DNA of 64,000 nucleotides from a virus (Duplodnaviria; Caudoviricetes): IMG/VR virus record IMGVR_UViG_3300019370_000055, positions 32,001 to 96,000 of that record; one strand, 5' to 3'. Shown piece by piece: positions 46,090 to 54,764 of this stretch (position 1 is its first letter; each line of letters starts with the position of its first letter). The notes under the pieces were generated by a model. It saw only the letters and a program-made list of their open reading frames with translations, ran no database searches and was not told where the DNA came from. The position numbers and the translations under genes were made by a program.

Positions 46090-46761
46090 ACGAACATTGA
46101 GACTAAGGCAAACATCGGAGATACTATTTTCTATCTGAAGAAAATCAATCGTGAAACTTGCCCCATCTGCTCTGGTACTGGTAAGATTTGTATTGGAACG
46201 GCAATTAATCCGAATTTTGATTCGCCTGATAAGTTTGCTGAATCTATCAGTGATCAGATTGAGCAGAATTTGACTCAGATTTTGACAGGCGATGTAAGGG
46301 AGTATAATTGTCCTGAGTGTAAGGGTAAAGGTACTGTCAAGGTTGCTGGTCAGCCTAAGTATGAAGTTGGTTCTGGTACAGTAATTACGATTGATACAAA
46401 TATGAACTCAACATCTACAAATGTTACTTATCGTGTAATTGATAGTGATGGATCAAATAGGACGGTTTCAGATGATAAGATGTATCTGAATCAGGAGGCC
46501 GCTGAGAAGGAGTGTCGTTTTATGAATCTGGAGCGGCGAATGGTTCCTCTTGAGTGTATTCAAATTCCACGTTCTTTTGCAAATACAATTCCTTGCAATG
46601 AGAAGCTGATGCGGCGGCTGGACGAGTGGCGTAGTCATCGTAAGTTTAAGACAGAGATTTATGTAGATGAGAAGTTGAATCTGTTTGATGGTTATACTTC
46701 TTTCTTGATGTATCGAATGCTGGGTATCTTTGATATTCCTGTTGTGATTTGGCCTGAATGA
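46090..46761 (+). CDS. protein with two CxxCxGxG Zn-finger repeats; apparent ACG start
   Basis: CPICSGTG and CPECKGKG in frame; RBS precedes ACG 46090. Confidence 0.6.
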   Translation, partial: TNIETKANIGDTIFYLKKINRETCPICSGTGKICIGTAINPNFDSPDKFAESISDQIEQNLTQILTGDVREYNCPECKGKGTVKVAGQPKYEVGSGTVITIDTNMNSTSTNVTYRVIDSDGSNRTVSDDKMYLNQEAAEKECRFMNLERRMVPLECIQIPRSFANTIPCNEKLMRRLDEWRSHRKFKTEIYVDEKLNLFDGYTSFLMYRMLGIFDIPVVIWPE

Positions 46762-46960
46762 AAGAAGCTGTAATGGATTTTGTAATTGGCAACACATATC
46801 AAGATCGACAGGGAGATAAGATCAAGGTTTTGGACATTGCTGAGAATCCACAAGATAAATCAAGGGTGGTTATCTATAATAGGAAAAGCAAAGGCAAGAA
46901 AGTTCTCCAGTCGTTTCATGATATATTAATGGACACTATCAAAAGAAAGGAAATGATGTA

Positions 46961-47284
46961 ATGAAAACTATTAAAAATATTCTTCTTGCCTTGCTTGCGG
47001 TTGTTATCGTGGTCGGAGGAACTTACACCGCTATTCAGTGGGATGCAATCGTAGGTAAATGGCAGACAGAAGCAGATCGAGAGGTATTTAAGCAGACTAC
47101 AACATATTCTGAAGTTGCTGCATCGTTTTTGGCTGATAGTTATAAGCAGTATAATGATGCTGAAACAGATACAGATAAGAATACAATTATGGAGTATGTT
47201 GTGATGAGGTATCCGAATTTGGATACAGATTCTATTGATAACGCAACTCTGCGCCAGTTTTATAATCAGTGTCTCAATCATTAA
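46961..47284 (+). CDS. membrane-anchored or secreted protein
   Basis: N-terminal hydrophobic signal. Confidence 0.65.
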   Translation: MKTIKNILLALLAVVIVVGGTYTAIQWDAIVGKWQTEADREVFKQTTTYSEVAASFLADSYKQYNDAETDTDKNTIMEYVVMRYPNLDTDSIDNATLRQFYNQCLNH

Positions 47285-47303
47285 AATATAAGGAGAATAT
47301 AAA

Positions 47304-47843
47304 ATGAAAAAGTTTAAGATTGTAGCTATCGCTCTTTGTGCAGTTCTTATGACTGGTATCTTGGCTGGATGTATGTATGATAGTGAGGAAACTCAGTATA
47401 CCAATGAGTTGAAGGATCAGATTCAGAATAGTATTGGTTTTCCAAATATCACAAATTTCTTTGAGTATTCTCAGTTGAAAGAAATTTATGAGATGCGTGA
47501 TAATCCTAATCTTATCTGTTATTGGTATACCAAGAACGAATATACAGGTAAGTGGATTTATCAGGGAACTTGCATTGGATATGGAATTCCTTATGGCGCA
47601 GCGATTACCGCACCTGAATCTTCTCAGGAGGCTCGTGGTGGAGGAAGTTATTGGAATATTGTATCGCTTGCAGAGCCGAATGGTCTGTATACTGAAAGTG
47701 TTGTTACTACTGCCACATGGATTCTTACGACAAATGATTCTGGTGAAATTGCACCGACATATGTGGAGAGTGAGATCAGTGTAAGTCAGACTAAGATGGA
47801 TGCTCGTCTTTGTGAGGACTGGTCTATTCCTGATAACTATTAA
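47304..47843 (+). CDS. lipoprotein
   Basis: Signal peptide with lipobox LAGC. Confidence 0.75.
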   Translation: MKKFKIVAIALCAVLMTGILAGCMYDSEETQYTNELKDQIQNSIGFPNITNFFEYSQLKEIYEMRDNPNLICYWYTKNEYTGKWIYQGTCIGYGIPYGAAITAPESSQEARGGGSYWNIVSLAEPNGLYTESVVTTATWILTTNDSGEIAPTYVESEISVSQTKMDARLCEDWSIPDNY

Positions 47844-48055
47844 GGAGTAATTGCAATGGATGATTTTCTGCATGAAATTCTTGAGAACACAAAGAAAATG
47901 TTTCCGGGAGCAACCAGTGTAAGGATTATTGTCACAAATGAAGATGTGAAAGCTACTGCATCTTATAATGGTGAACTGTCCGATTATTCTATGAAAAAGA
48001 TTGACGGATCGTGGTGTAGTAAGCGCATATAACGACTTATTCAGTAGGTGTTATT

Positions 48056-48327
48056 ATGGACGTAATTGAAAAATTCCTTCGAGAACATTCAGATGGTAAA
48101 GATTATCCAGTTTGTAGTAGTGAATTGTCAAAGCATTTTGTGTTCCTCGAACTACAATCAGGCGTATGATCAACACAGCACGAAGCAATGGAAGTCCAAT
48201 CTGTTCCAGTCCCAAGGGGTATTACATAACAACCGATAGAGAGGAAATCAAAAACACAATCAGTTCATTGCGTGGGCGTATTGCAAAAATGGAAAAGGCT
48301 ATTGCTGGCCTTGAAGCGTGTTTGTAA
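48056..48327 (+). pseudogene. frameshifted winged-HTH-like gene
   Basis: MDVIEKFLREH... joins ...TIRRMINTARSNGSPICSSPKGYY only with one extra base near 48131. Confidence 0.5.
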
Positions 48328-48371
48328 AACAAAAATCTCCCCTACTGCTTCATGTAGTAGGGGAGGGATAT

Positions 48372-48462
48372 GGCAGATTAACCCTAACTGGTAAGGGACG
48401 AGTCTTGAAAACTCGCAGTAGTCCGAAAGGGCGTTTGGGTTCGAGTCCCAAATCTGTCGCCA
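48372..48462 (+). tRNA. tRNA-Ser(TGA)
   Basis: CGAGT-CT-TGA-AA-ACTCG arm, long variable arm, G73 plus CCA. Confidence 0.85.
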
Positions 48463-48527
48463 GCCTTAAATTAAGGCAAAGAAAACATATTATAATAAGA
48501 AATCAAAAACAGAAAGGAAACAAAACA

Positions 48528-49109
48528 ATGAAAAAGCTGAATGTAACTCTGATTGGTAATTCTCCCCTGATTATGCACTCTCCTAAGTGTGTAAATCCGC
48601 TGCATCCGATTAGCATTGAAATGAAAAAGTACACTTCTAAGAAGAAAAAGACAGAGGAAGATTTGCTGAAGATTTCTGATCTGGAATGGGAGTCTGGTGT
48701 TTATTGGGATGATACTGTTGGTTTACATATTCCGAATGAGTGCATCAAGGCTACAATCCAGAATGGCGCAAAGGCCAATCGTAAGGGCGCAGATATTTCC
48801 AAGTATCTTCAGGTTGATACTTTAATGGCTCCTGTTGATATTTCTGAGCCGCAGAATTATGAGATTTTGAAAACTGATAATCGTTATCGTGATGTGCGTT
48901 CTGTTTGTGTGCAGCGCAATCGTGTGATTCGTACACGTCCTCGTTTTAATACATGGAAAGTAACTTTTGATATTTCTTATGATGAGAATATGATGGATAT
49001 TTCCACTATCATCAATGCAATCGAATATGCTGGCAGTTATGTTGGCCTTTGTGAAATGCGTGATCGTGGATATGGTAGATTCTCTGCTAATATTGTTGAG
49101 GTAGCGTAA
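48528..49109 (+). CDS. stand-alone RAMP/Cas7-like protein, 193 aa
   Basis: LNVTLIGNSPLIMH, HIPNECIKATIQNGA and terminal G-loop VGLCEMRDRGYGRF follow RAMP motif order; RBS plus ATG 48528. Confidence 0.75.
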   Translation: MKKLNVTLIGNSPLIMHSPKCVNPLHPISIEMKKYTSKKKKTEEDLLKISDLEWESGVYWDDTVGLHIPNECIKATIQNGAKANRKGADISKYLQVDTLMAPVDISEPQNYEILKTDNRYRDVRSVCVQRNRVIRTRPRFNTWKVTFDISYDENMMDISTIINAIEYAGSYVGLCEMRDRGYGRFSANIVEVA

Positions 49110-49127
49110 GATTTATAAGGATATAAA

Positions 49128-49163
49128 GTCTGTACCATGCTACAAGTGTGGTATGGTACAGAC
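49128..49163 (+). other. 16-bp hairpin between the RAMP gene and the array
   Basis: GTCTGTACCATGCTAC pairs with GTGGTATGGTACAGAC (two G-U). Confidence 0.75.
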
Positions 49164-49173
49164 ATAAAATTGA

Positions 49174-49423
49174 GGATTATAGGGTCTGGTATGGTGAGGT
49201 TGGATAGGCTCGGATAGGATCAGGTATGATGAGGTAAGGATTTTAAGGTATGATATGGTCAGGTTGGGTATGGTTGAATCGGGTAGGATGCGGTATGGTA
49301 AGGATTTTAAGGCCCGGTAAGGTAGTGTATGATTAGGTTAGGTTAGATTAGGTGTGGTATGAATTTTAAGATTTGGCAAGGTCAAGTGAGGTGTAATCTG
49401 GTTTGGTTAGGTAAGGATTTAAA
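49174..49423 (+). ncRNA. array 1: four units of GGT-NN pentamers with GGATTTTAA linkers
   Basis: 11, 11, 10 and 9 phased pentamers starting at 49183, 49247, 49311, 49370. Confidence 0.8.
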
Positions 49424-49454
49424 AAGATATTTTTAATAAAGGAGTAAAATCAAA

Positions 49455-49904
49455 ATGAAAACAAATAAGCAAGTAGAAAAACTTGTAAATTATATTGTCG
49501 AAAAGGACTATGGAACAGTAATTTTTCATCAGGAAATTGCGAATTTGCTTGGTGTTCAATATGGTTCACAGCAATATAGTAGTATTGTTCAAAGGGCAAA
49601 AAAGAAGTTGCTTGAAGCTGGCAAGATGATTGATTGTGTTCGCAAAACGGGATATGAAATTATTATGCCAGATAACTATACTAATTCCGCAGTAAAAGCA
49701 CTTTCTGATGGCGCAAAAAAGATTGATAAAGGTGGCAAAATTATGGGTAATGCTCCAGTACAGAAAATGAGTCCTGCTGGTCTGGAATCATATAATCTTG
49801 TAAATGATCGTTTGCATCTTGTTCGTGCTGCTATTGCAGGAGCAGTCGTAGAAGTTAATATGCTTAGTCAAAAGCGACCTCATCCTCTTGCATTAACAAA
49901 GTGA
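49455..49904 (+). CDS. hypothetical protein embedded between the arrays
   Basis: Strong RBS; HQEIANLLG suggests an HTH. Confidence 0.7.
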   Translation: MKTNKQVEKLVNYIVEKDYGTVIFHQEIANLLGVQYGSQQYSSIVQRAKKKLLEAGKMIDCVRKTGYEIIMPDNYTNSAVKALSDGAKKIDKGGKIMGNAPVQKMSPAGLESYNLVNDRLHLVRAAIAGAVVEVNMLSQKRPHPLALTK

Positions 49905-49917
49905 TATATTAGATTAA

Positions 49918-50040
49918 GGTAAGGATTTTAAGGTTAGGTTTGATGGGGTGTAGTGAGGTATGATATGGTGAGGTTTGGTATGGTTAGGATTTTAAGGTAC
50001 GGTATGATTCGGTTCGGTTAGGTCAGGTGGGGTATGGGTG
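49918..50040 (+). ncRNA. array 2: two more GGT-NN pentamer units
   Basis: Linkers at 49923 and 49987; 11 and 8 pentamers. Confidence 0.8.
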
Positions 50041-50047
50041 TAAAAAA

Positions 50048-50070
50048 TCTCCCCCATAAAGTGGGGGAGA
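50048..50070. terminator. hairpin closing array 2
   Basis: TCTCCCCCAT/GTGGGGGAGA stem. Confidence 0.6.
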
Positions 50071-50075
50071 AATAT

Positions 50076-50169
50076 TGGAGAATGGTGGAATGGTAGACAC
50101 GCCGCCACTATAGAGCGGTGGAAGGTAGCGCAACCTTCTTTGTAGGTTCGAGTCCTACTTCTCCAGCCA
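50076..50169 (+). tRNA. class II tRNA-like gene with atypical anticodon loop (ACTATAG)
   Basis: Perfect acceptor and T stems, long variable arm, G73 plus CCA; no T33. Confidence 0.65.
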
Positions 50170-50794
50170 AATTATAACGTTGATTAACCAATCTTCTCAT
50201 ATCATTTTCCCAAGCTGTTTTTCTGTGACTACGTTTCCACTTGAGATATTCTCTCCAACGCACATCAGAAGCCTCCCATGACAGCCCAAAGACACGCTGA
50301 ACATCCTGTGCTGACTGAATACGAAGCTGGTCATATAAAGGCATAGGACAAAGCAGGAGGGCGGCAAAGTAGTCTGCTTCTCCCTCCAGTTCAGGATTAG
50401 AAAGGTTATTAAAGTTGTTTTCTGCGATCCGTGGCTCTGCCAAGTAAGGAAGATGATTTAATTTGACATGACCAAGTTCGTGTGCCAGAGTCCAACGAAT
50501 ACGGCCTATAACATTGTTGTTAGCTGTAGAACTATTAACAAGGACAAGGTATCTATCGTTCGTTATGTCATAATGGGTACAGCCACTTTCACTTTCGCAT
50601 AATGCAAAAACTTCATCTAAACTACATGAATTGATTTTAGCAAAAGTAGAATATGGCATTATTCTACAGTTTTCAATCTGATTAAAAAATAGCCGAGGAT
50701 TCATAGGGAAACTGATAGAAGGTAAGCTGCGGTAAAGTTGTAGAACTTGGTTGCAAATATACGCATATCTAATCAAGAGTCTATCACCTCGCAA
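50108..50794 (-). CDS. ImmA/IrrE-family metallopeptidase (anti-repressor)
   Basis: RIRWTLAHELGH...EGEADYFAALLLCP, downstream of the repressor. Confidence 0.88.
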   Translation of the reverse strand: MRGDRLLIRYAYICNQVLQLYRSLPSISFPMNPRLFFNQIENCRIMPYSTFAKINSCSLDEVFALCESESGCTHYDITNDRYLVLVNSSTANNNVIGRIRWTLAHELGHVKLNHLPYLAEPRIAENNFNNLSNPELEGEADYFAALLLCPMPLYDQLRIQSAQDVQRVFGLSWEASDVRWREYLKWKRSHRKTAWENDMRRLVNQRYNLAGEVGLEPTKKVALPSTAL

Positions 50795-50828
50795 TTATCA
50801 TAGCAAAATTAGTGTCCAATAAAACGGA

Positions 50829-51179
50829 CTATTCATTATCATCTCTAAAAGCATAATCAAAGCCAAGACGAAGCATCTGCATCATGCGCTGCGGGTCGCC
50901 TTTAATCATTTTTGACTTTGCTCTTTGTATTGAAATAATATCTGGATCACCACAAATTTCATCTGCCGATGTAGGAATTTCGGTTAGGCCAAGCAGATAG
51001 TCTACTGTGACACCAAAGTATTGTGCTATTGCTTTAATTTTGTCTACTCCGGGCGTACTGGTTGCTTTCCATTTTTTTATCGTGGAATTTGAAAATCCAC
51101 AATCGCTTTCTAAACGGGCTATGCTGATTTTCCTTTCTTCACATAGTCTTTGAATGCGATCATACAGTCCAAGTTCCAT
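50829..51179 (-). CDS. XRE-family HTH repressor (ImmR/CI-like)
   Basis: ISIARLESDCGFSNSTIKKWK...IAQYFGVTVDYLLG. Confidence 0.9.
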   Translation of the reverse strand: MELGLYDRIQRLCEERKISIARLESDCGFSNSTIKKWKATSTPGVDKIKAIAQYFGVTVDYLLGLTEIPTSADEICGDPDIISIQRAKSKMIKGDPQRMMQMLRLGFDYAFRDDNE

Positions 51180-51195
51180 AAAATCCCCTCCATTT

Positions 51196-51273
51196 AGAAT
51201 ATTATCTCATTTTATGCTTGACATTGAGAAAACTATCTGGTATAGTATGACCGTGGGATTGAGAAAGTTATCT
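51196..51273. promoter_or_regulatory. divergent promoter with three operator-like boxes
   Basis: TTGACA-17-TATAGT from 51218; TTGAGAAAACTATCT 51224, TTGAGAAAGTTATCT 51259, inverted variant 51196. Confidence 0.65.
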
Positions 51274-51306
51274 CTACATCGCCCATTATACGGTAAATAA
51301 TCTAAT

Positions 51307-52053
51307 TTGTCAATACTGAATAGGAGTGTGGTTAAGTTGCATAATAAAATTAAGCCTGTGGACAATGTGAGGATGCTTTCTTTGATTTCTCTATTGAGCA
51401 AGTACGATTTATTCCATATCACAACTGATAATGGAAGGGAATTTAATGCGACTGAAATTGTTAGTGAAAATGAAGGATATTTAGAGTTCAAGCGTCTTTT
51501 TGCGAATTCAGTCTATTCTAATGGCTGTATTACAGATATTCAAGCCATTTGCGAAACTGAGTTTGTCTGCAAAACTTCTACTGTGACATATCATATTTCT
51601 GCATTACATATTAAACCGCAGAATCCTATTATTAGGGAACGTAAAACGTGGAAAGAAATATCCGACTTGATGGATGTAAATTATATTGGTGAACGTTTGA
51701 TTCGTTATATCAAGGAATTGGATATGCTGGTTCTGGCGATTGATCCTATTCTGTTGGGGGAATTACACCCTATGGAGCAGCGGCAGATTCAACATCTTAT
51801 TAATGCCTATTTGGATGGATATTCTGATTTGTTGCAGATGAGCCGTACTGTATGTTTTCAAGTTAAGCTGTATGATGGACGGAATAGGATTTATGCTGGA
51901 GTTTATGATCTGGAAGGCCAGTGTTCAGTAACCAGTGTTCTTATTTATGATGACCGGGATAAGGAGAATTTTTCTGATGAGTTTTATAATAAGGCACAGG
52001 CCATATTAAAATATGCAAAAACGACAGCTACCAAAATCTTCTTTCAAAATTGA
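51307..52053 (+). CDS. hypothetical protein
   Basis: ORF of about 240 aa downstream of the switch promoter. Confidence 0.65.
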   Translation: MSILNRSVVKLHNKIKPVDNVRMLSLISLLSKYDLFHITTDNGREFNATEIVSENEGYLEFKRLFANSVYSNGCITDIQAICETEFVCKTSTVTYHISALHIKPQNPIIRERKTWKEISDLMDVNYIGERLIRYIKELDMLVLAIDPILLGELHPMEQRQIQHLINAYLDGYSDLLQMSRTVCFQVKLYDGRNRIYAGVYDLEGQCSVTSVLIYDDRDKENFSDEFYNKAQAILKYAKTTATKIFFQN

Positions 52054-52133
52054 ATATTGTGCTTGACATTTCAGGTCAAGCATGATAGTATAATAACAGG
52101 ATAATCAATAATCATTGAAAGGGGGGTGCTGAT

Positions 52134-52484
52134 ATGAAGGCAATAAAAAGGGGAGATATTTATTATGCTGATTTAAGCCCCGCAATAGGAAGTGAACAAG
52201 GTGGTATTCGTCCAGTTTTAATAGTTCAAAATAATGTCGGGAATTATTATAGTCCAACTGTGATTATTGCTGTCTTGACTTCTAAATCAAAGAAACATTT
52301 ACCAACACATATCAGCATCCATTCTGGAGAAGGTAACATTGCTATGGATTCTACAGTATTACTGGAGCAACTACGAACAATAGACAAAAATAGGCTTCAG
52401 AAATATGTAGGTAGCGTTTCAGATGATACAATGGATCGTGTTGACCGGGCCATGCTGGTCAGTCTTGGATTAAATATAGCATAA
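52134..52484 (+). CDS. mazF: MazF/PemK-family endoribonuclease
   Basis: KRGDIYYADLSPAIGSEQGGIRPVLIVQN...LLEQLRTIDK. Confidence 0.93.
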   Translation: MKAIKRGDIYYADLSPAIGSEQGGIRPVLIVQNNVGNYYSPTVIIAVLTSKSKKHLPTHISIHSGEGNIAMDSTVLLEQLRTIDKNRLQKYVGSVSDDTMDRVDRAMLVSLGLNIA

Positions 52485-52555
52485 TAACAGTTTATTCAAA
52501 AAACATCTTGACAATCGTGCTTAAATCTGTTATCATAGTAAGTGAGGTGATAATC

Positions 52556-53518
52556 ATGATTGAGCAATCCGTTATGGATAGGTACATCGCAGAATCATCT
52601 TTGAATATGACAGAAACAAGCAGGATTAATTCTGAAAACCTTTTGACAAGATTTTTTAATTTGAAACCTTCAGTAGACTTTGTTGATCTACGAAAAGCTG
52701 ACCTGATTGAAATGTATTCTCAATTAAACCAGCATTCAATCAATGGATTCATTACTCATAAAAGTAAAATTAATGATTTTGCTAAATGGATGTATGAACA
52801 AGGTTATGGGTCAATAGAACTGTTGCATGATATTTCTGATTTAAAATATTCGGATATAAACCACGACTATTTGTACGATATTTATTATTTCAGAGATATT
52901 GAAGAATTGTGGTCTGTTATGTCGTTGATACTTAAAGATAAAGGTACAGAGTTTGATACTTTTAAAGCGGCAGCACTTTTAACTTGGTTGGGAATTGATT
53001 TGAACGATATGACAGAGATATTAAAAACTGATTTAGATGAATCAAATCAATGTATCATTCATCCAGTCACCAGAGAAGCAGTTGAAATTCCTCCAGTAGA
53101 TTTGCACGATATGATTTTTTCTTTCTTGATTAATTATCGTGATGCAGATTCATGTGACACAAAAAAGTTTGGTGGCGGCATTCTTCCTTATGCAAATAGT
53201 CAGTATCTTTTGCGCAGCTATAAAAGCGCACATCTTACAGTTGTTCAATTAAGAAAGACTTCTGATCCTGTAAATCAATTAGCAAAAAAAGAAGAAGCAC
53301 AAAGAATTTTTCAATGGAACAAGATTTATTTGTCTGGCCTATATTACCGAATTTATCAATATGAGCAGCGGTATGGTTCGATAGAGAAAGATGTAAAAAT
53401 GCTTGATAAATTCTTCCTTTGTAATCAAAAAGAAACTGTTCAAAAGTTAGTAGCATTCGATAGAAAGTATAAAGAATATCAAACATTTATAAAATGCAAA
53501 ATGCGTTTAAATGCTTGA
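52556..53518 (+). CDS. possible degenerate integrase-fold regulator
   Basis: SAM-like N-terminus (SKINDFAKWM) and IYLSGLYY C-terminus, no HxxR/Y motif; recalls SPbeta YopP/YopR. Confidence 0.4.
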   Translation: MIEQSVMDRYIAESSLNMTETSRINSENLLTRFFNLKPSVDFVDLRKADLIEMYSQLNQHSINGFITHKSKINDFAKWMYEQGYGSIELLHDISDLKYSDINHDYLYDIYYFRDIEELWSVMSLILKDKGTEFDTFKAAALLTWLGIDLNDMTEILKTDLDESNQCIIHPVTREAVEIPPVDLHDMIFSFLINYRDADSCDTKKFGGGILPYANSQYLLRSYKSAHLTVVQLRKTSDPVNQLAKKEEAQRIFQWNKIYLSGLYYRIYQYEQRYGSIEKDVKMLDKFFLCNQKETVQKLVAFDRKYKEYQTFIKCKMRLNA

Positions 53519-53524
53519 TTTCTG

Positions 53525-53551
53525 GTTTTAAGAGGGATAACCTCTTAAAAC
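53525..53551. terminator. hairpin
   Basis: GTTTTAAGAGG/CCTCTTAAAAC stem. Confidence 0.55.
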
Positions 53552-53580
53552 TTACATAAATAACGATATAATCAATAATA

Positions 53581-53657
53581 TCGCAAAGTAGTTTAATTGG
53601 AAGAACACTCTGGTGACGTGCTGGGGATGGATACTGGTTCGAGTCCAGTCTTTGCGA
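53581..53657 (+). tRNA. degenerate tRNA-like element
   Basis: Acceptor TCGCAAAG/CTTTGCGA, T arm ACTGG-TTCGAGT-CCAGT; irregular anticodon arm, no CCA. Confidence 0.55.
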
Positions 53658-53693
53658 ATTTCAAAATTCAAAGATTAAAAGGAGAAATGAAAC

Positions 53694-54332
53694 ATGAACA
53701 CTGAAACTATGACCGTACATAAGGCTCTTGCTGAACTGAAGGTGCTTGACAGTCGAATTGAGAGCGCAATTCTAAGTGGCGACTTTGTTATCACTAAGAA
53801 GAACAATCAGGATACCGTAAAAGGTAAGACGGCAGAACAGTATAAGGCCAAGGCAGCAGAGGTTTTCCAGAAGGCATCTGATTTGATTCTTCGCCGTAAC
53901 GCCATTAAGAATGCTGTAGTTGTTTCTAATGCTAAGACTACAGTAAAGATTGGTGATAAGGATTATACGGTGGTCGAGGCCATTGAAAAGAAGAATCACG
54001 GCATGGACTATTATGTGCAGCTTCGTGATGTTCTGCGCCAGCAGCTTGCCAAGCAGAAATCCGAACTGGAGAAGCATAATGCCTCCCTCCAGCAGAAGGC
54101 CGAACAGTTTGTAACTGGCCTGATGGGTGGTAAAGAGGTTAAGACTGATAGTGCTGAATTTACTACTGCGGTAGATACATACATCAAGTCTAACACTATG
54201 ACGTTGCTTGATCCGCTTGGTATTGAAAAAAAGATTGAGGAACTGGATGATATGATCAACTCGTTCCTGCCTGAAGTTGATGCGGCCCTGTCGGTGAGTA
54301 ATGCGGTAACAACTATTACCATCGAGTATTAA
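53694..54332 (+). CDS. helical protein resembling the DIP1984 family
   Basis: MTVHKALAELKVLDSRI...IKNAVVVSNAKT...YTVVEAI...EVDAALSVSNA; family recognised from memory. Confidence 0.5.
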   Translation: MNTETMTVHKALAELKVLDSRIESAILSGDFVITKKNNQDTVKGKTAEQYKAKAAEVFQKASDLILRRNAIKNAVVVSNAKTTVKIGDKDYTVVEAIEKKNHGMDYYVQLRDVLRQQLAKQKSELEKHNASLQQKAEQFVTGLMGGKEVKTDSAEFTTAVDTYIKSNTMTLLDPLGIEKKIEELDDMINSFLPEVDAALSVSNAVTTITIEY

Positions 54333-54343
54333 GCAAGTTATCT

Positions 54344-54737
54344 ACTCGCTGCATAACGAAAACTGCGAACCATAACACGCCTGAGTTTTGGTGATGTTTT
54401 GAGGTGTAAATTAATAAAAACTTCACCGCCTATATCAAAACTTACAGTCTTAGTAAGTTTTACATAAAAATCAAATAGATGATTTTATATTGTAAAATAT
54501 TAAAAAATTCTAATAGTGTGAATAGCCGATATTAGGGCTAATTCAAGATTAGATTAAAAGGCTGTAAAGTTCAAGGCTAAAAGCTGAAGGTTCAAACTTC
54601 AACGTTCAAAGTTTATGAATCTTCAAAGTTGAAAGATTAGGCAACAAAGAACAAAGTTTTACAAAATCCTTGGCAGATGGTTTTTGGAATTGTTATGCTT
54701 GTCCAGCGGCTCACCACAAGGCTGTTATGTAGCGAGT
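54344..54737 (+). ncRNA. putative RNA of about 395 nt with a phased heptamer tract
   Basis: 14-bp terminal stem, no ORF, heptamers at 54566-54659. Confidence 0.6.
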
Positions 54738-54764
54738 TGATATATAGAATGTCTGATAGATATT

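Noticed and set aside
48318-48527. 70-aa N-terminal extension of the RAMP ORF
   Set aside because: It runs through tRNA-Ser; a good RBS precedes ATG 48528.
49174-50040. Classical CRISPR array, simple microsatellite or G-quadruplex tract
   Set aside because: The only constant repeat is 9 nt and the intervening sequence has internal 5-nt periodicity. Regular linkers and position-specific variation are not explained by slippage, and GAT/AAT substitutions break the G-tracts.
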